Of a stretch of DNA of 64,000 bases, positions 46,544 to 56,905 are shown piece after piece. The DNA lies in the NCBI GenBank assembly GCA_965223415.1, contig OZ245002.1:992001-1056000 (forward strand), written 5' to 3'. This DNA comes from Myxococcota bacterium. Lineage in GTDB: Bacteria > Myxococcota_A > UBA9160 > UBA6930. Position numbers and translations under genes: made by a program. Every line of letters begins with the position of its first letter. Positions within the stretch are counted from its first letter, which is position 1. The notes beneath the pieces were generated by a model. That model ran no database searches. It was not told the origin of the DNA and saw nothing but the letters and a program-made list of their open reading frames with translations.

Positions 46544-48205
46544 ATGCGGTTGCGCTTCCTGGCCCTCGGCCTCGTGCTGGTCGCCGTCGCGGGCCTCCTG
46601 ACCCGCCTGGCCCCGGAGGCGAGCCTCGTGGAGGTCCCGCTGCGGGCCCCGGAGCTGCCGCCAGGCCTGCGGAGGGTCGCCTCGGTGCCCGCCGAGCCGG
46701 GGGCCCTGGCCGGGCGCAACCTCCTGCTGGTCACCCTGGACACGACCCGACCCGACCGCATCGGTGTCTACGGCAACACGGCAATTGAGACGCCGACCCT
46801 CGACCGGCTCGCACGAGAGGGCGTCGTGTTCTCGGGCGCGGTCGCGGTCGCCCCGACCACCCTGCCCTCCCACGCGTCGATCCTGACCGGCCTCTACCCA
46901 CTCCGGCACGGGGCCCGGGCCAACTCCCGCTTCCGTCTCGACCGGGAGCCGAGCACACTGGCCGAGCTGCTCGTGGAGCGTGGCTACGACACGGCCGCCT
47001 TCGTCTCGGCCCTCGTGCTCCACCGCCGGTTCGGCCTCGCCCGGGGCTTCCGACGCTACGACGACCGCATGGCCAGCCGGGACGTGCTGGCGGTGGCCGA
47101 GCGCCCCGCCGACGACACGACCCGGCGCGCCGTCCGCTGGCTCGAGCGGCAACGCGCCGGCCCCTTCTTCGCTTGGGTCCACTACTACGACCCGCACTCC
47201 TTCTGGCAGCCACCGGCGGACTTCGCCGCGCGCTACGCCCTCGCCTACGACGGGGAGATCGCCTTCGTCGACCAGCAGCTCGGCCGGCTGATCGCGGCGA
47301 CCGAGAGCGCAGGCGGCGATCGCGGCACGTTGATCGTGGTCGTGGGCGATCACGGCGAGGCGCTGGGAGAGCACGGCGAGTCGACCCACGGCATGCTGCT
47401 GCAGGAGGCGGTGCTGCGGATCCCCCTGATCCTGCACGGTCCCGGCCTGGGGCCCGGCGTCCACGTGCCGACCCGCGTGTCCCAGGTGGACCTGATGCCG
47501 ACGATCCTCTCCCTCCTCGGAGCGACGCCGCCTGCGGATCTCGACGGAGCCGACCTCACGAGCGCGCCGGACGAAGGGCGCGCCCTCTACGCCGAGAACC
47601 TCGAGGTGCGCCTGCAGTACGGCTGGGCGCGCCTCGCCGCGCTCTACGCCGGCGATCTCAAGCTCGTCGACGGCCCGCGCCCGGAGCTCTACGACCTGGC
47701 CGCCGATCCCCTCGACCGCGACGACGTGGCGGAGGACCGGCCCGGCGAGGTCGAGCGCCTGGGCCGGCGCCTTCGCGCGTTCCAGTCCCGGGCCGACGAC
47801 GTCCTCGTCCCGTCGGTGGACCTCGCTCCCGACGAGGTGCAGCGTCTCGCGAGCCTCGGCTACGTGGTCGGCGACGCGGAGCCGATCCGCGCGGGCGGCC
47901 CCGGCACGGACCCGAAGGCGATGGCGCCCCTGATGGAGCGGGTGCAGCTCCTCGTCTCCCTCGCGGAGCAGCCCCAGCCCGCCTGGGCCCGCTGGCTCGG
48001 ACGCCTCTCGGGAACGCCCATCCCCCAGGGCGACGCGGAGCTCACCGCCGAGCTCGAGGCGATCGCGGAGGCACATCCGGACTTCCCGCCGGTCTACTCC
48101 TACCTGACGGACCTGTACCGCGCGGCGGGCCGGGAGGCGGAGGCGAAGCGCTCGGAGGAGCGCATGAAGGCGGCGATCCGCGCCGCCTCGTCCGTTCGTC
48201 AGTAG
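46544..48205 (+). CDS. Sulfatase-like (alkaline phosphatase superfamily) hydrolase
   Basis: LVTLDTTRPD, TLPSHASILTG, HYYDPH, GDHGE, LASLGYV. Confidence 0.88.
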   Translation: MRLRFLALGLVLVAVAGLLTRLAPEASLVEVPLRAPELPPGLRRVASVPAEPGALAGRNLLLVTLDTTRPDRIGVYGNTAIETPTLDRLAREGVVFSGAVAVAPTTLPSHASILTGLYPLRHGARANSRFRLDREPSTLAELLVERGYDTAAFVSALVLHRRFGLARGFRRYDDRMASRDVLAVAERPADDTTRRAVRWLERQRAGPFFAWVHYYDPHSFWQPPADFAARYALAYDGEIAFVDQQLGRLIAATESAGGDRGTLIVVVGDHGEALGEHGESTHGMLLQEAVLRIPLILHGPGLGPGVHVPTRVSQVDLMPTILSLLGATPPADLDGADLTSAPDEGRALYAENLEVRLQYGWARLAALYAGDLKLVDGPRPELYDLAADPLDRDDVAEDRPGEVERLGRRLRAFQSRADDVLVPSVDLAPDEVQRLASLGYVVGDAEPIRAGGPGTDPKAMAPLMERVQLLVSLAEQPQPAWARWLGRLSGTPIPQGDAELTAELEAIAEAHPDFPPVYSYLTDLYRAAGREAEAKRSEERMKAAIRAASSVRQ

Positions 48206-49065
48206 AGCACCGACGGGAACCAGCTCGCTTCGGGCTCCTGGTACGGCCCGCGCGTCATCAGCGTCATCGGCTTCGCGATGCGCAGGCCTTCGCAGAGGGC
48301 CCAGCGGAAGAGCGGGGCCTGCCGGGTGGGAAGCAGGAACGCCAGCGGCCCGTCGCTGGCGGCGGCGCCGCCGAGCAGGAGCGCCTGCAGGTCCGCTTCG
48401 CTCGCGGCCACGCCGTGGGCGCCGGCCCAGAACGTGAGGCTGCTGGCGTAGGCTGTCACCTCACCTTCACGAAGCGCGACCCAGGGCCCGATGCGCCCGA
48501 GGGTGGCGCGCAGCTCCTCGCTTCGCGTGATGCCGTGCTGGGCCTCGCAGAGGCGGGCGCAGGCGCCGAGATCCTCCTCGCGCAGCTCCCGCACCACGAC
48601 GTCGCCGGGCGGCCCGCTCCGGGGCTTGCCCTCGAGGAGCACCAGGGGCTCACGCACCTCGAAGCCCAGGCCGGCGTAGAGCGCCATCGAAGTCGCGTTG
48701 AACGCGTCCTGGACGAGGCGCACCGAGTGGGCACCGCGGCGCTCGGCGCGCTCGATCACGGCGCGCATCAGCAGGCGGCCGATGCCGGATTCCTGCAGCT
48801 CGGGATCCACCGAGACCGGCCCGACGCCGGCCGCCGGGTCGTCCTCGCGCAGGAAGTTCGAGCCAAGGAGGCGCCCGTCCCGCTCGGCGACGACGCCCCA
48901 GGCCGTCTGGGAGACGAAGCCAATCACTCCCGTCGCGATCTCCCGGCTCGGGAAGTCCGGCCGGAAGCCGTGCTTCGCCGCGATGTCCGCGAAGGCGGCG
49001 TAGAGGATCCTCCCGAGCTCGGCCTGGTCCTCGGGTCGCGGCGCGCGCAGCTGGATCTCGCCCAT
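48199..49065 (-). CDS. GNAT acetyltransferase (two-domain)
   Basis: VGPVSVDPELQESGIGRLLM, SMALYAGLGF. Confidence 0.85.
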   Translation of the reverse strand: MGEIQLRAPRPEDQAELGRILYAAFADIAAKHGFRPDFPSREIATGVIGFVSQTAWGVVAERDGRLLGSNFLREDDPAAGVGPVSVDPELQESGIGRLLMRAVIERAERRGAHSVRLVQDAFNATSMALYAGLGFEVREPLVLLEGKPRSGPPGDVVVRELREEDLGACARLCEAQHGITRSEELRATLGRIGPWVALREGEVTAYASSLTFWAGAHGVAASEADLQALLLGGAAASDGPLAFLLPTRQAPLFRWALCEGLRIAKPMTLMTRGPYQEPEASWFPSVLY

Positions 49066-49083
49066 GTGCCCTAGAGTAGGGCG

Positions 49084-50028
49084 ATGGACCTCGTTCCCAC
49101 CATCGATCTGCGCAACCCGGCCGCGACGGAGCTCGAAGCGGTGGATGCCGCCTGCCGGGACCACGGCTTCTTCCTCCTGGAGGGCCACGGCCAGGACGAG
49201 CTGGTCGAGCGCACCTGGAAGACCACCCGCGCCTTCTTCGACGCGCCTCCCGCCGTGAAGGACGGAGTACGCCGGACGGAGGACCAACCGCTCGGCTACT
49301 TCGACCGGGAGCTCACGAAGCGCCGCCGCGACTGCAAGGAGGTCTTCGACTACATGCAGCCGGAGAGCCCGATCGGCGAGGCGATGAACCGCTGGCCGGA
49401 AGGGGTCGCCGGCTTCCGCGAGACCCAGAGCGCCTTCTTCGCCGCCTTCAGCCACCTGGCCGGGGAAACCCTGCGCCTCGTCCACGCCGCGCTCGGGGCG
49501 TCACCGGGCGCGGCGGACGCCCATGGGGGAAGCGCCGGCACGAGCACCGTGCGCCTCAACCACTACCCGGTGGGGGATCCGGTGTCCGAGAGCGAGCGCG
49601 CGGACCTGCCCGTCCTGGCCGACGTAGCCCTCGGCCATCACACGGACCCGGGCGTCCTCACCCTGCTGCTCCAGGACGACACCGGCGGCCTCCAGGCCCA
49701 CTCCCGGGAGGACGGCTGGATCGACGTGCCGCCCCGTCCGGGCACGATCGTGGTGAACCTGGCCGACTCGCTCCAGGTGTGGAGCAACGATCGCTACCGG
49801 GCCGCCGTGCACCGGGTCTCGCCCATGACCGGGCGCTCCCGCTACAGCATCCCCTACTTCTACAACCCGCAGCTCGAAGCCGTGATCGAGCCGATCGCCG
49901 AGCTCTGCGAAGGCGCGCCGCGCTACCGCCCCTTCACCTGGCGGGAGTTCATCCGGGCCCGGGTCGACGACAACTACAGCGACCTCGGTCAGGACGACAC
50001 CCAGGCCAGCCACTTTCGCATCGCCTGA
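49084..50028 (+). CDS. 2-oxoglutarate/Fe(II) oxygenase (IPNS-like)
   Basis: RLNHYP, HTD...H facial triad, RYS. Confidence 0.92.
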   Translation: MDLVPTIDLRNPAATELEAVDAACRDHGFFLLEGHGQDELVERTWKTTRAFFDAPPAVKDGVRRTEDQPLGYFDRELTKRRRDCKEVFDYMQPESPIGEAMNRWPEGVAGFRETQSAFFAAFSHLAGETLRLVHAALGASPGAADAHGGSAGTSTVRLNHYPVGDPVSESERADLPVLADVALGHHTDPGVLTLLLQDDTGGLQAHSREDGWIDVPPRPGTIVVNLADSLQVWSNDRYRAAVHRVSPMTGRSRYSIPYFYNPQLEAVIEPIAELCEGAPRYRPFTWREFIRARVDDNYSDLGQDDTQASHFRIA

Positions 50029-50037
50029 GGACGGCCC

Positions 50038-50850
50038 GTGGAGCTGCACGACGTCCGCTACGAAGCCCACGGCCCCGTCGCCCAGGTCACCCTGAACCGG
50101 CCGCGCTACCGCAACGCCCAGAGCTGGCGGCTGCTCGACGAGCTCGACCTGGCCCTGGACCGCGCCATGGAGGAGCGGGACGTGCGCGTCGTCGTCGTGA
50201 GCGGCTCCGGCGGCCACTTCTCCGCCGGTCACGACCTCGGCACCGAGGAGCAGGTCGACGACGTGAAGGAGCGCGGCATCCCGTCGGTGGGCATCACCGA
50301 GTACGACGCCTTTCGCAAGTACAACCTCGACCTCACCCTCAAGTGGCGCAACCTGCCCAAGCCCACCATCGCGATGGTCGAGGGCTACTGCATCTACGGC
50401 GGCTGGATGATCGCAGCGGCCATGGACGTGATCTTCGCCGCACCGGACGCCCGTTTCCTCGCGGGCCAGGTGGAGTACTTCTCCGTCCCCTTCGACGTGG
50501 GCTTCCGCAAGGCGAAGGAGCTCCTCTTCGAGAGCCGCTTCATCGACGCGGAAGAGGCGAAGGAGCTCGGGCTCGTGAACCGGGTGATCCCCGCCGAGGA
50601 CCTGGAGCGCGAGACCCTCGCCTGGGCGCGGCGCGTGGCCGAGAGCGGCTACGGCACCCTTCGCATGGCGAAGCTCGCCGTGAACAAGATGCACGACCTG
50701 GTGGGCTTCAGCGCCGCCATGGAGGCCGCGTTCGCGGACTTCCTTGTCATGTCCCGCCTCGGCGGACACCCGCGGCCGCGGCCGGAGGGACGGCGGCTGC
50801 CGGGCGTCGACCTGGCGCTGCGGGAGAAGCGCGGGGAGCCGGAGGACTAG
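50038..50850 (+). CDS. Enoyl-CoA hydratase/isomerase family protein
   Basis: LNRPRYRNA, FSAGHDL, KPTIAMVEG. Confidence 0.88.
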   Translation: MELHDVRYEAHGPVAQVTLNRPRYRNAQSWRLLDELDLALDRAMEERDVRVVVVSGSGGHFSAGHDLGTEEQVDDVKERGIPSVGITEYDAFRKYNLDLTLKWRNLPKPTIAMVEGYCIYGGWMIAAAMDVIFAAPDARFLAGQVEYFSVPFDVGFRKAKELLFESRFIDAEEAKELGLVNRVIPAEDLERETLAWARRVAESGYGTLRMAKLAVNKMHDLVGFSAAMEAAFADFLVMSRLGGHPRPRPEGRRLPGVDLALREKRGEPED

Positions 50851-51467
50851 ACCCGCGTGTCGATCTCGCCCGCGTGGTGCTCCGGCCCGTGGGCGCCGTC
50901 ACCGCAGAGCGGGCAGCCGGCCTTCGCTTCGTCGTCTTCCTCGGCCCGCTCGCTGCGCGCGGCCTGGGCCTCCATGGCCGCCCGGGCCGCCACCTGGCGG
51001 TCCTGGCCGGAGGGGTCGGCCGGTGCGAGGGCCGCCGCGCGCACCCGCTCCATCTTCCTTGCCGTCGCCTGGGGATCTCCCGGAACCGGGGAGGCGTCGA
51101 TCGAGACCTCGCCGCCCACCGCATAGCGTTTGCCGTCGGGCCCGGTCTCGTAGGTGAAGCTCGCGCCGCCGCGGGCCAGGGACCCGGCCGCCGCCTGGTG
51201 GGCGGCCTCGTGGGCCCTTACCTCGCGATCGCGCTTCTTCAGGTCCAGGAGCTTCTTCTGGTCCTCGCGAGAGAGCTCCTCGCCGGATTCGCTCCGGGCG
51301 AGGGCCTCGCCGCTGAGCGTGACGCGCACGCCACCGTGCTCCGAACCCGAGGCGGGATCGGCGGAAGCCTGGGCGCGGGCTCCCTGCCCGGAGTGCGCCG
51401 TGCCCTGCGGCTCGGTCGCGAACGGGTCGCGGGACGGGTGGAGGGTGGGTGAGGGGAAGACCTGCAA
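50847..51467 (-). CDS. SprA-related family protein (HExxH)
   Basis: DREVRAHEAAH, YETGPDGKRYAVGGEVSID, AALAPADPSGQD. Confidence 0.82.
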   Translation of the reverse strand: MQVFPSPTLHPSRDPFATEPQGTAHSGQGARAQASADPASGSEHGGVRVTLSGEALARSESGEELSREDQKKLLDLKKRDREVRAHEAAHQAAAGSLARGGASFTYETGPDGKRYAVGGEVSIDASPVPGDPQATARKMERVRAAALAPADPSGQDRQVAARAAMEAQAARSERAEEDDEAKAGCPLCGDGAHGPEHHAGEIDTRV

Positions 51468-51610
51468 GCACCCGGCTCATCGGCCATCCGGCCCCGGCTC
51501 TGCATGGGGGTACCCCCCCGGAAGACCTCCGGTGGACACCTGCCCCGAGCCAGGTGCTCCCTGGGACCGATCTCCGGTCGATCGGTCAAGCTGGCCGCCG
51601 CACCTGCCGA

Positions 51611-52360
51611 TTGACGGATGTCGTGATCTTCCTGGGTGCCCTCTCGATGCTGATCGCGATCCTCGTGGGGAGCGCCATCGGCTGGCGATTGGTCCGGGTG
51701 GCTCGCCACACCGGGGGCAGCTCCGAAGCGATCCTGGGCCGCGCCTTCATTGCCATCTTCGGGCTCACCTATCCGCTGATCATCGTGAGCCGCCTGCCGG
51801 GCATGCCGACGACCCTGCTCGGCAAGGTGCTCTTCGGCCTCGCCCTGCTGCCGGTGGTCTTCGGGCTGGGCAGCTTCTACGTCTTCACGCGCCGCGTGTT
51901 CCGACCGCACTCGGCATGGGCGCGGGCGTTCTTGTGGCTCGCCAGCCTGGCCGCGCTTGGTGTCCTGGCGGGCTCCCTGCTGACCATCCACGGCGCTCCG
52001 GATCGGGAGGCCCTGATCGCGGCCACGCGCCCGTGGGCCCTCGCCATTCTCCTGCTCGCCGCGGTGCCCTTCGTGTGGACCGCCGCCGAGTCCCTCGCCT
52101 GGTATGCGCGCATGCGGCGGAGGGCGATCGTCGGCCTGGCGGATCCGCTCACCACGAATCGCTTCCTGCTCTGGGGCCTGGCGGCCATCGCCGCCGTGAG
52201 CCAGGTGGCCGTCATGGCTGCCTTCCGGGTGGCGGGCTGGGCTGTCATGGACGCGCTGCCCATGACCGTGAGCTGCGGCACCACGCTGCTGACCCTGGGC
52301 CTCTGGTACCTGGCCTTCATCCCTCCGGCCTGGTACCGCAGGAGGCTCGGAGCGACCTAA
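51611..52360 (+). CDS. Hypothetical multi-pass (about 7 TM) membrane protein
   Basis: About seven hydrophobic segments; ends LAFIPPAWYRRRL; TTG start tentative. Confidence 0.7.
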   Translation: MTDVVIFLGALSMLIAILVGSAIGWRLVRVARHTGGSSEAILGRAFIAIFGLTYPLIIVSRLPGMPTTLLGKVLFGLALLPVVFGLGSFYVFTRRVFRPHSAWARAFLWLASLAALGVLAGSLLTIHGAPDREALIAATRPWALAILLLAAVPFVWTAAESLAWYARMRRRAIVGLADPLTTNRFLLWGLAAIAAVSQVAVMAAFRVAGWAVMDALPMTVSCGTTLLTLGLWYLAFIPPAWYRRRLGAT

Positions 52361-52409
52361 CGAAGCGGGGAAGTTGCGCGTGGTGCCGGCGCCGGCGTAC
52401 GCTGCGCGC

Positions 52410-52913
52410 ATGCTTGAGCGCCTCCTTCCCCGACTCGTCGACGACTCGTACCGCGGGCACCCCCTGGCCCTCTGGGCGTTCGTGCCCATCACGTTGATGA
52501 CGCTCTGGCGGAGCCTCACCCACATGTTCCGGGCCGACGGCGGTGCCCAGTCCATCGCGACGATTCCCCTCGACACCTACCCCGAGGCAGCCGCGACGGC
52601 AGTCGTCGTGATCTTCTCCTTGTGGGGGCTGCAGCAGCTGCTCCTGGGCTTCGTCTACGGCCTCGTGCTCCTGCGCTACAAGGCGCTCCTGCCCTTGATG
52701 TACCTGCTGCTCGTTTTGGAGTACGTCGGACGTCTGGGCCTGGGAGTCTGGAAAGGACCGATCGAGACGATCTCCACGCCGCCGGGGGCGCGGCTGAACC
52801 TCGTCATGGTCGTGGCCGGAAGCGCGCTCCTGGCGCTCTCCCTTCGCGACCACCGGCGAGCCCCCGAGCCGGTTCCGGACGCGGCGGCGACGGCGAGCGA
52901 AGCCCGGACCTGA
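52410..52913 (+). CDS. Hypothetical 4-TM membrane protein
   Basis: RSLTHMFRADGGAQSIATIPL...TPPG; hydrophobic segments. Confidence 0.75.
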   Translation: MLERLLPRLVDDSYRGHPLALWAFVPITLMTLWRSLTHMFRADGGAQSIATIPLDTYPEAAATAVVVIFSLWGLQQLLLGFVYGLVLLRYKALLPLMYLLLVLEYVGRLGLGVWKGPIETISTPPGARLNLVMVVAGSALLALSLRDHRRAPEPVPDAAATASEART

Positions 52914-52937
52914 CGAGAGGCACGGGCGGCGCCGCGA

Positions 52938-54275
52938 TCACACCTCCGGCGTCGAGAAGAGCCGCCCGCCCCGCTTCGTCACCCGGCAGCCGCGAAGCAG
53001 CCCGTCGAGCTCCAGCAGCTCGGGGCCACGAGGGAAGGGCTCGAGCAGCTTCAGGGCGGCGTCCCGGCCGGCGGGATCGGCGGTGCATTCCCCGAGCACG
53101 CGCGCCAGCCGACCCAGCATCCAGACCTGGTAGGGCATGACCATGCGCCGCGAGGTCACGCCGCCGATCTGGAACTCGTGGGTCAACGCGCCGTCGCCGG
53201 TCTGGTGCTCCAGGAAGCCGGGAGTGGCCATGAAGCTGCCGCCGGGAAGCGGATCGCCGGGGGTGTGGGCCTCGCTCGCGATGAAGTCGGCGAGCACCCG
53301 GGTGCTGCTCACCAGGACGGGCCACATCTCCTCGAAGAAGACACCCAGCAGGGGAAGCAGCGTGTCCGAAACCGCGTCGTCCGGGAGCCACTCGCCGCCG
53401 TCGCTGGTGGCGGGTCGCCCGACCAGGCCACCGTCCTCGCCGAGCGAGTAGAGCTTCTGTCCCCACTGGCGCGCGTTGAGGGCGCCCTCTCCGTTGGCGC
53501 GCTCGACCCACTCGGCGGTGATCGGGAAGTGCGTGCGGAGCGCGAAGCCCGAAACCGCGTCGCGGTAGATGTGGGCGTAGAGGGGACCGAGCAGCGCGAA
53601 ATCCGCGAGCCCGGGCCGCCCGCCGAACACGTAGTCGTGGCGGGCGAAATGGGTCTCCAGCAGGCCGAGCACACGGTGCTGACTCGCCTGCCAGGCGGCC
53701 TCGGTGCGCTCGTCGCAGCCCAGGTGCACGAGGCCGGCGTAGGTGCCCTTCGGATCCGTGCGGGTGTGCGAGATGCCCATCAGGTCCTCGAACAGGGCGG
53801 CTCCCGCGGCCCGCCGCACCTCGCCGAGCTGGCCCGGCGCCGCCACGGCGCCCCACTGCTGCTCGTTGTGGCCGCGATGGCTCAGCGCCCGCCCGTTTTC
53901 GCTGAAGTACCAGCGCCCCCAGAATGCGGGGACGAGCATCCACTCGTCGGCGAAGAGCTCGAGCAGGTAGGACGCGAGGCACTGGCGCGGCGAGGCCCCG
54001 GGGTCGGGCACGACCGGAACCTGCGGATTCTGCGCTTCGCAGTAGTCGATGATCTCGCTCGTGTCCTGCACCCAGGTTCCGTCCGGCGCCTCGAGCTGCG
54101 GCACGGCGTTCGAGCCGGAACGCGGCAAGAGGAAGCCCGCGATCAGCTCCGGCGTGGCGAGGACGTCCTCCCAGCCGGCGGCCAGCGAGCCTGCGCGCTC
54201 CTTGAAGCGGAGATAGGCGCGGGCCTTCCCGGAGAAGTAGCTGTGCTCCCAGGAGAAGAGGCGATAGGTCCCCAT
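52938..54275 (-). CDS. Glutathione S-transferase family protein (long form)
   Basis: SYFSGKARAYLRFK, VPQL, QDTSEII, GGRPGLADFALLGPLYAH. Confidence 0.85.
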   Translation of the reverse strand: MGTYRLFSWEHSYFSGKARAYLRFKERAGSLAAGWEDVLATPELIAGFLLPRSGSNAVPQLEAPDGTWVQDTSEIIDYCEAQNPQVPVVPDPGASPRQCLASYLLELFADEWMLVPAFWGRWYFSENGRALSHRGHNEQQWGAVAAPGQLGEVRRAAGAALFEDLMGISHTRTDPKGTYAGLVHLGCDERTEAAWQASQHRVLGLLETHFARHDYVFGGRPGLADFALLGPLYAHIYRDAVSGFALRTHFPITAEWVERANGEGALNARQWGQKLYSLGEDGGLVGRPATSDGGEWLPDDAVSDTLLPLLGVFFEEMWPVLVSSTRVLADFIASEAHTPGDPLPGGSFMATPGFLEHQTGDGALTHEFQIGGVTSRRMVMPYQVWMLGRLARVLGECTADPAGRDAALKLLEPFPRGPELLELDGLLRGCRVTKRGGRLFSTPEV

Positions 54276-55216
54276 CAGGCCGACAGGTAGCCCTTCGCCA
54301 GCTGCTCGATCGTCTCGCTGAACTCGCGCACGGTCCGCTCGATCACGTCGGCGACGGGAAGCGCCTCCTCGATCCGCCCGGCCACCTGGCCGGTGAGCGC
54401 GACCCCGGCCTCGAGATCGCCTTCGAAGTACACCTGGTGTTGGCCTCCCGCCAGCGACGCCATGGCGTGGCCCTCGCCGGCCTCGAGCCGGTCGGTGCGG
54501 GCGGTGCGCAGTGCGCGCAGGGCGGGAGCGCCTTCCGGCTTCAGCACTACCGTGCCCGTCTCCTCGGCCTGCACGATGGCGTTCTTCCAGTTCTCGTGCA
54601 CCGGGCTCTCGAGGGCCGAGACCATCCGGGTGCCCATCTGCACGCCCTCGGCGCCGAGGGCGAAGGCCGCCGCCATGCTGGCACCGTCGCAGATGCCGCC
54701 GGCGGCGATGATCGGCACTTCGACCCTGGAGCGCACCAGGGGCAGGAGCACCATGGTCGCCACCTCTCGGGGGTTCTTGAAGCCTCCCCCTTCTCCGCCC
54801 TCGACGATCAGGCCGTCGACGCCGGCGTCCACCGCCTTCAGGGCGGCGCGCAGGGTCGGAACAACGTGGAAGACCGTGAGTCCGGCGTCCTTGAGCTGGC
54901 GGGTGTACTTGGTCGGGCTCCCGGCCGAGGTCGTGGCCACCTTCACGCCCTGCTCGATCACGAAGTCCGCGATCGCCGGATCGCGCACGAAGGCCTGGGC
55001 AATGTTGACGCAGAAAGGCGCGTCGGTGAGCTCCTTCATCTTGCGGATTTCGTCGCGAATCGCGTCGAGCTCTCCGGAGGAGGTCTCGATCATGCCCAGG
55101 GCGCCGGCCCGGGAGACCGCCGAGGCGAGCTGGGAGCGGGCGATCCAGCCCATCGGCGCCTGGACGATGGGGATGTCGACGCCGAGCATGCGGGTCACGC
55201 GGTTTTCGAACTGCAC
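54275..55216 (-). CDS. Nitronate monooxygenase/FabK-like flavoprotein
   Basis: PIVQAPMG, VEGGEGGG, IAAGGICDG, GVQMGTR. Confidence 0.88.
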   Translation of the reverse strand: MQFENRVTRMLGVDIPIVQAPMGWIARSQLASAVSRAGALGMIETSSGELDAIRDEIRKMKELTDAPFCVNIAQAFVRDPAIADFVIEQGVKVATTSAGSPTKYTRQLKDAGLTVFHVVPTLRAALKAVDAGVDGLIVEGGEGGGFKNPREVATMVLLPLVRSRVEVPIIAAGGICDGASMAAAFALGAEGVQMGTRMVSALESPVHENWKNAIVQAEETGTVVLKPEGAPALRALRTARTDRLEAGEGHAMASLAGGQHQVYFEGDLEAGVALTGQVAGRIEEALPVADVIERTVREFSETIEQLAKGYLSA

Positions 55217-55231
55217 GGTTCCTCCTCGGGA

Positions 55232-56794
55232 TCAGGGTCGCATGCCGCGGGCCTTGGGCCCGCGCGGCGCCTGGGAAACGATCTCGTAAGCGCGTCTGGC
55301 GAACTCGACCAGGAGCGGCCGGGTGTCGCGGGGGTCGATCAGCTCCTCGACGCCGAAGGCCTCCGCGGTGAGGATCGGATCGCGCAGGGAGGCGAGCCGC
55401 TCTTCGAGCTCGCGGCGCGTGGCGTCCGGATCCGGCGACGCGGCGATCACCCGCTTGTAGGCGGCCTCCACACCACCTTCGATCGGCAGCGAGCCCCACT
55501 CGCCGGAGGGCCAGGCGTAGCGCGTGCTGCCGCGGGTGTGGTTGGAGTGGCCAGCCCCGGCGACGCCGTACGCCTTGCGCACGATGATCGAGCACCAAGG
55601 CACGCTGGCCTGGAACACTGCGCCCAGGGCACGCACGCCCTTGCGGATCGTCCCGCGCTTCTCTGCCTCGGTGCCGACCAGGAAGCCCGGGTTGTCGACG
55701 AAGTTCACGACCGGCAGGTGGAAGGTGTCGCAGAGGTCGACGAAGCGCTCCATCTTCTCGCCCGCCTCGGCGTCGATGGCGCCGGCGGCGAAGCGGCAAT
55801 CGTTGGCCATCACGCCGATCGGAACGCCGTCGATCCGCGCGAGACCGGTGACGAGGGAGCGGCCGAAGTAGGCGCCCATCTCGAAGAAGGTGTCCCGGTC
55901 GAGCACGAGGCCCAGGAGCTTGCGCATGTCGTAGACCTTGCGGCGATCTCGGGGCACGAAGGCGAGCAGCGCCTCCTCCCGGCGCTCCGGGTCGTCACCG
56001 GGCTCGGCGCGCGGCGGGAGCTCCCAGACGGAGGTCGGCAGGTAGGAGAGGAAGCGGCGGATCTCCTCGAAGGCCCCGTCCTCCGTCTCCACCTCGTTGT
56101 CGACGGCGCCGCTCCCGCGGGCGTGGATGTGGGAGCCGCCGAGCTCCTCCTTGCCCACCTCCTTGCCGAAGGCCCGGGCCACCACCGGTGGCCCGGCGAC
56201 GAAGAGCTGACTCGTCCCGCGGACCATCACCGAGAAGTGCGATGCGGCCACGCGGGCGGCGCCGAGGCCCGCCACGGGACCTAGCGAAGCCGCGACCACG
56301 GGCACCTCCGAGAGCATCTGCACAGCGACGTCCCAGCCCGGGTTCGCCGGCACGTAGGAGCGCTTGATCTCGTCGTTGGTCTTGACGCTGCCGCCGCCGC
56401 CGGTGCCGTCCACCAGGCGGATGACCGGCACGCGCAGCTCCTGGGCGGTCTTCTCGCTCCAGCCCATCTTGTTGCCGACGGCCCCGTCCGCCGCGCCGCC
56501 GCGCACGGTGAAGTCGTCACAGCCGATCACCACGGGCCGGCCGTCCAAGGTCCCGCGCCCGGTGACGAAGTTCGACGGGGTGTAGCGCTCGATCCGGCCC
56601 TGCTCGTCGTACTCCACCTTGCCGGCGAGGCTTCCCACCTCGCGGAACGACCCCTCGTCGAGGAGACGCGCGACGCGCTCGCGCACGGGCAGCCGGCCCG
56701 CCTCGACGTGGCGGGCGACGCGCTCCTCTCCCCCCATCCGGTCCGCCAGGGCCTTGCGGCGGGCGATCTCGTCGAGCTCGGGCTTCCAGCTCAC
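55232..56794 (-). CDS. Acyl-CoA carboxylase carboxyltransferase subunit
   Basis: DDFTVRGGA, LFVAGPPVV, ELGG, KAYGVAG, IDPRDTR; GTG start. Confidence 0.9.
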   Translation of the reverse strand: MSWKPELDEIARRKALADRMGGEERVARHVEAGRLPVRERVARLLDEGSFREVGSLAGKVEYDEQGRIERYTPSNFVTGRGTLDGRPVVIGCDDFTVRGGAADGAVGNKMGWSEKTAQELRVPVIRLVDGTGGGGSVKTNDEIKRSYVPANPGWDVAVQMLSEVPVVAASLGPVAGLGAARVAASHFSVMVRGTSQLFVAGPPVVARAFGKEVGKEELGGSHIHARGSGAVDNEVETEDGAFEEIRRFLSYLPTSVWELPPRAEPGDDPERREEALLAFVPRDRRKVYDMRKLLGLVLDRDTFFEMGAYFGRSLVTGLARIDGVPIGVMANDCRFAAGAIDAEAGEKMERFVDLCDTFHLPVVNFVDNPGFLVGTEAEKRGTIRKGVRALGAVFQASVPWCSIIVRKAYGVAGAGHSNHTRGSTRYAWPSGEWGSLPIEGGVEAAYKRVIAASPDPDATRRELEERLASLRDPILTAEAFGVEELIDPRDTRPLLVEFARRAYEIVSQAPRGPKARGMRP

Positions 56795-56820
56795 GCGACG
56801 ATGGACTCCGCGGGTACGGG

Positions 56821-56846
56821 TTAATGGCACAAAGTATGTCACAAAA
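56821..56846. promoter_or_regulatory. AT-rich CACAAA direct repeat in a divergent promoter region
   Basis: CACAAA at 56828 and 56840. Confidence 0.3.
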
Positions 56847-56905
56847 CGAGGCGGCGGCGCAGAAATGGGGCCAGGAGTAGAGTGTCGCGCCTGGAGGAAG
56901 CCGAC

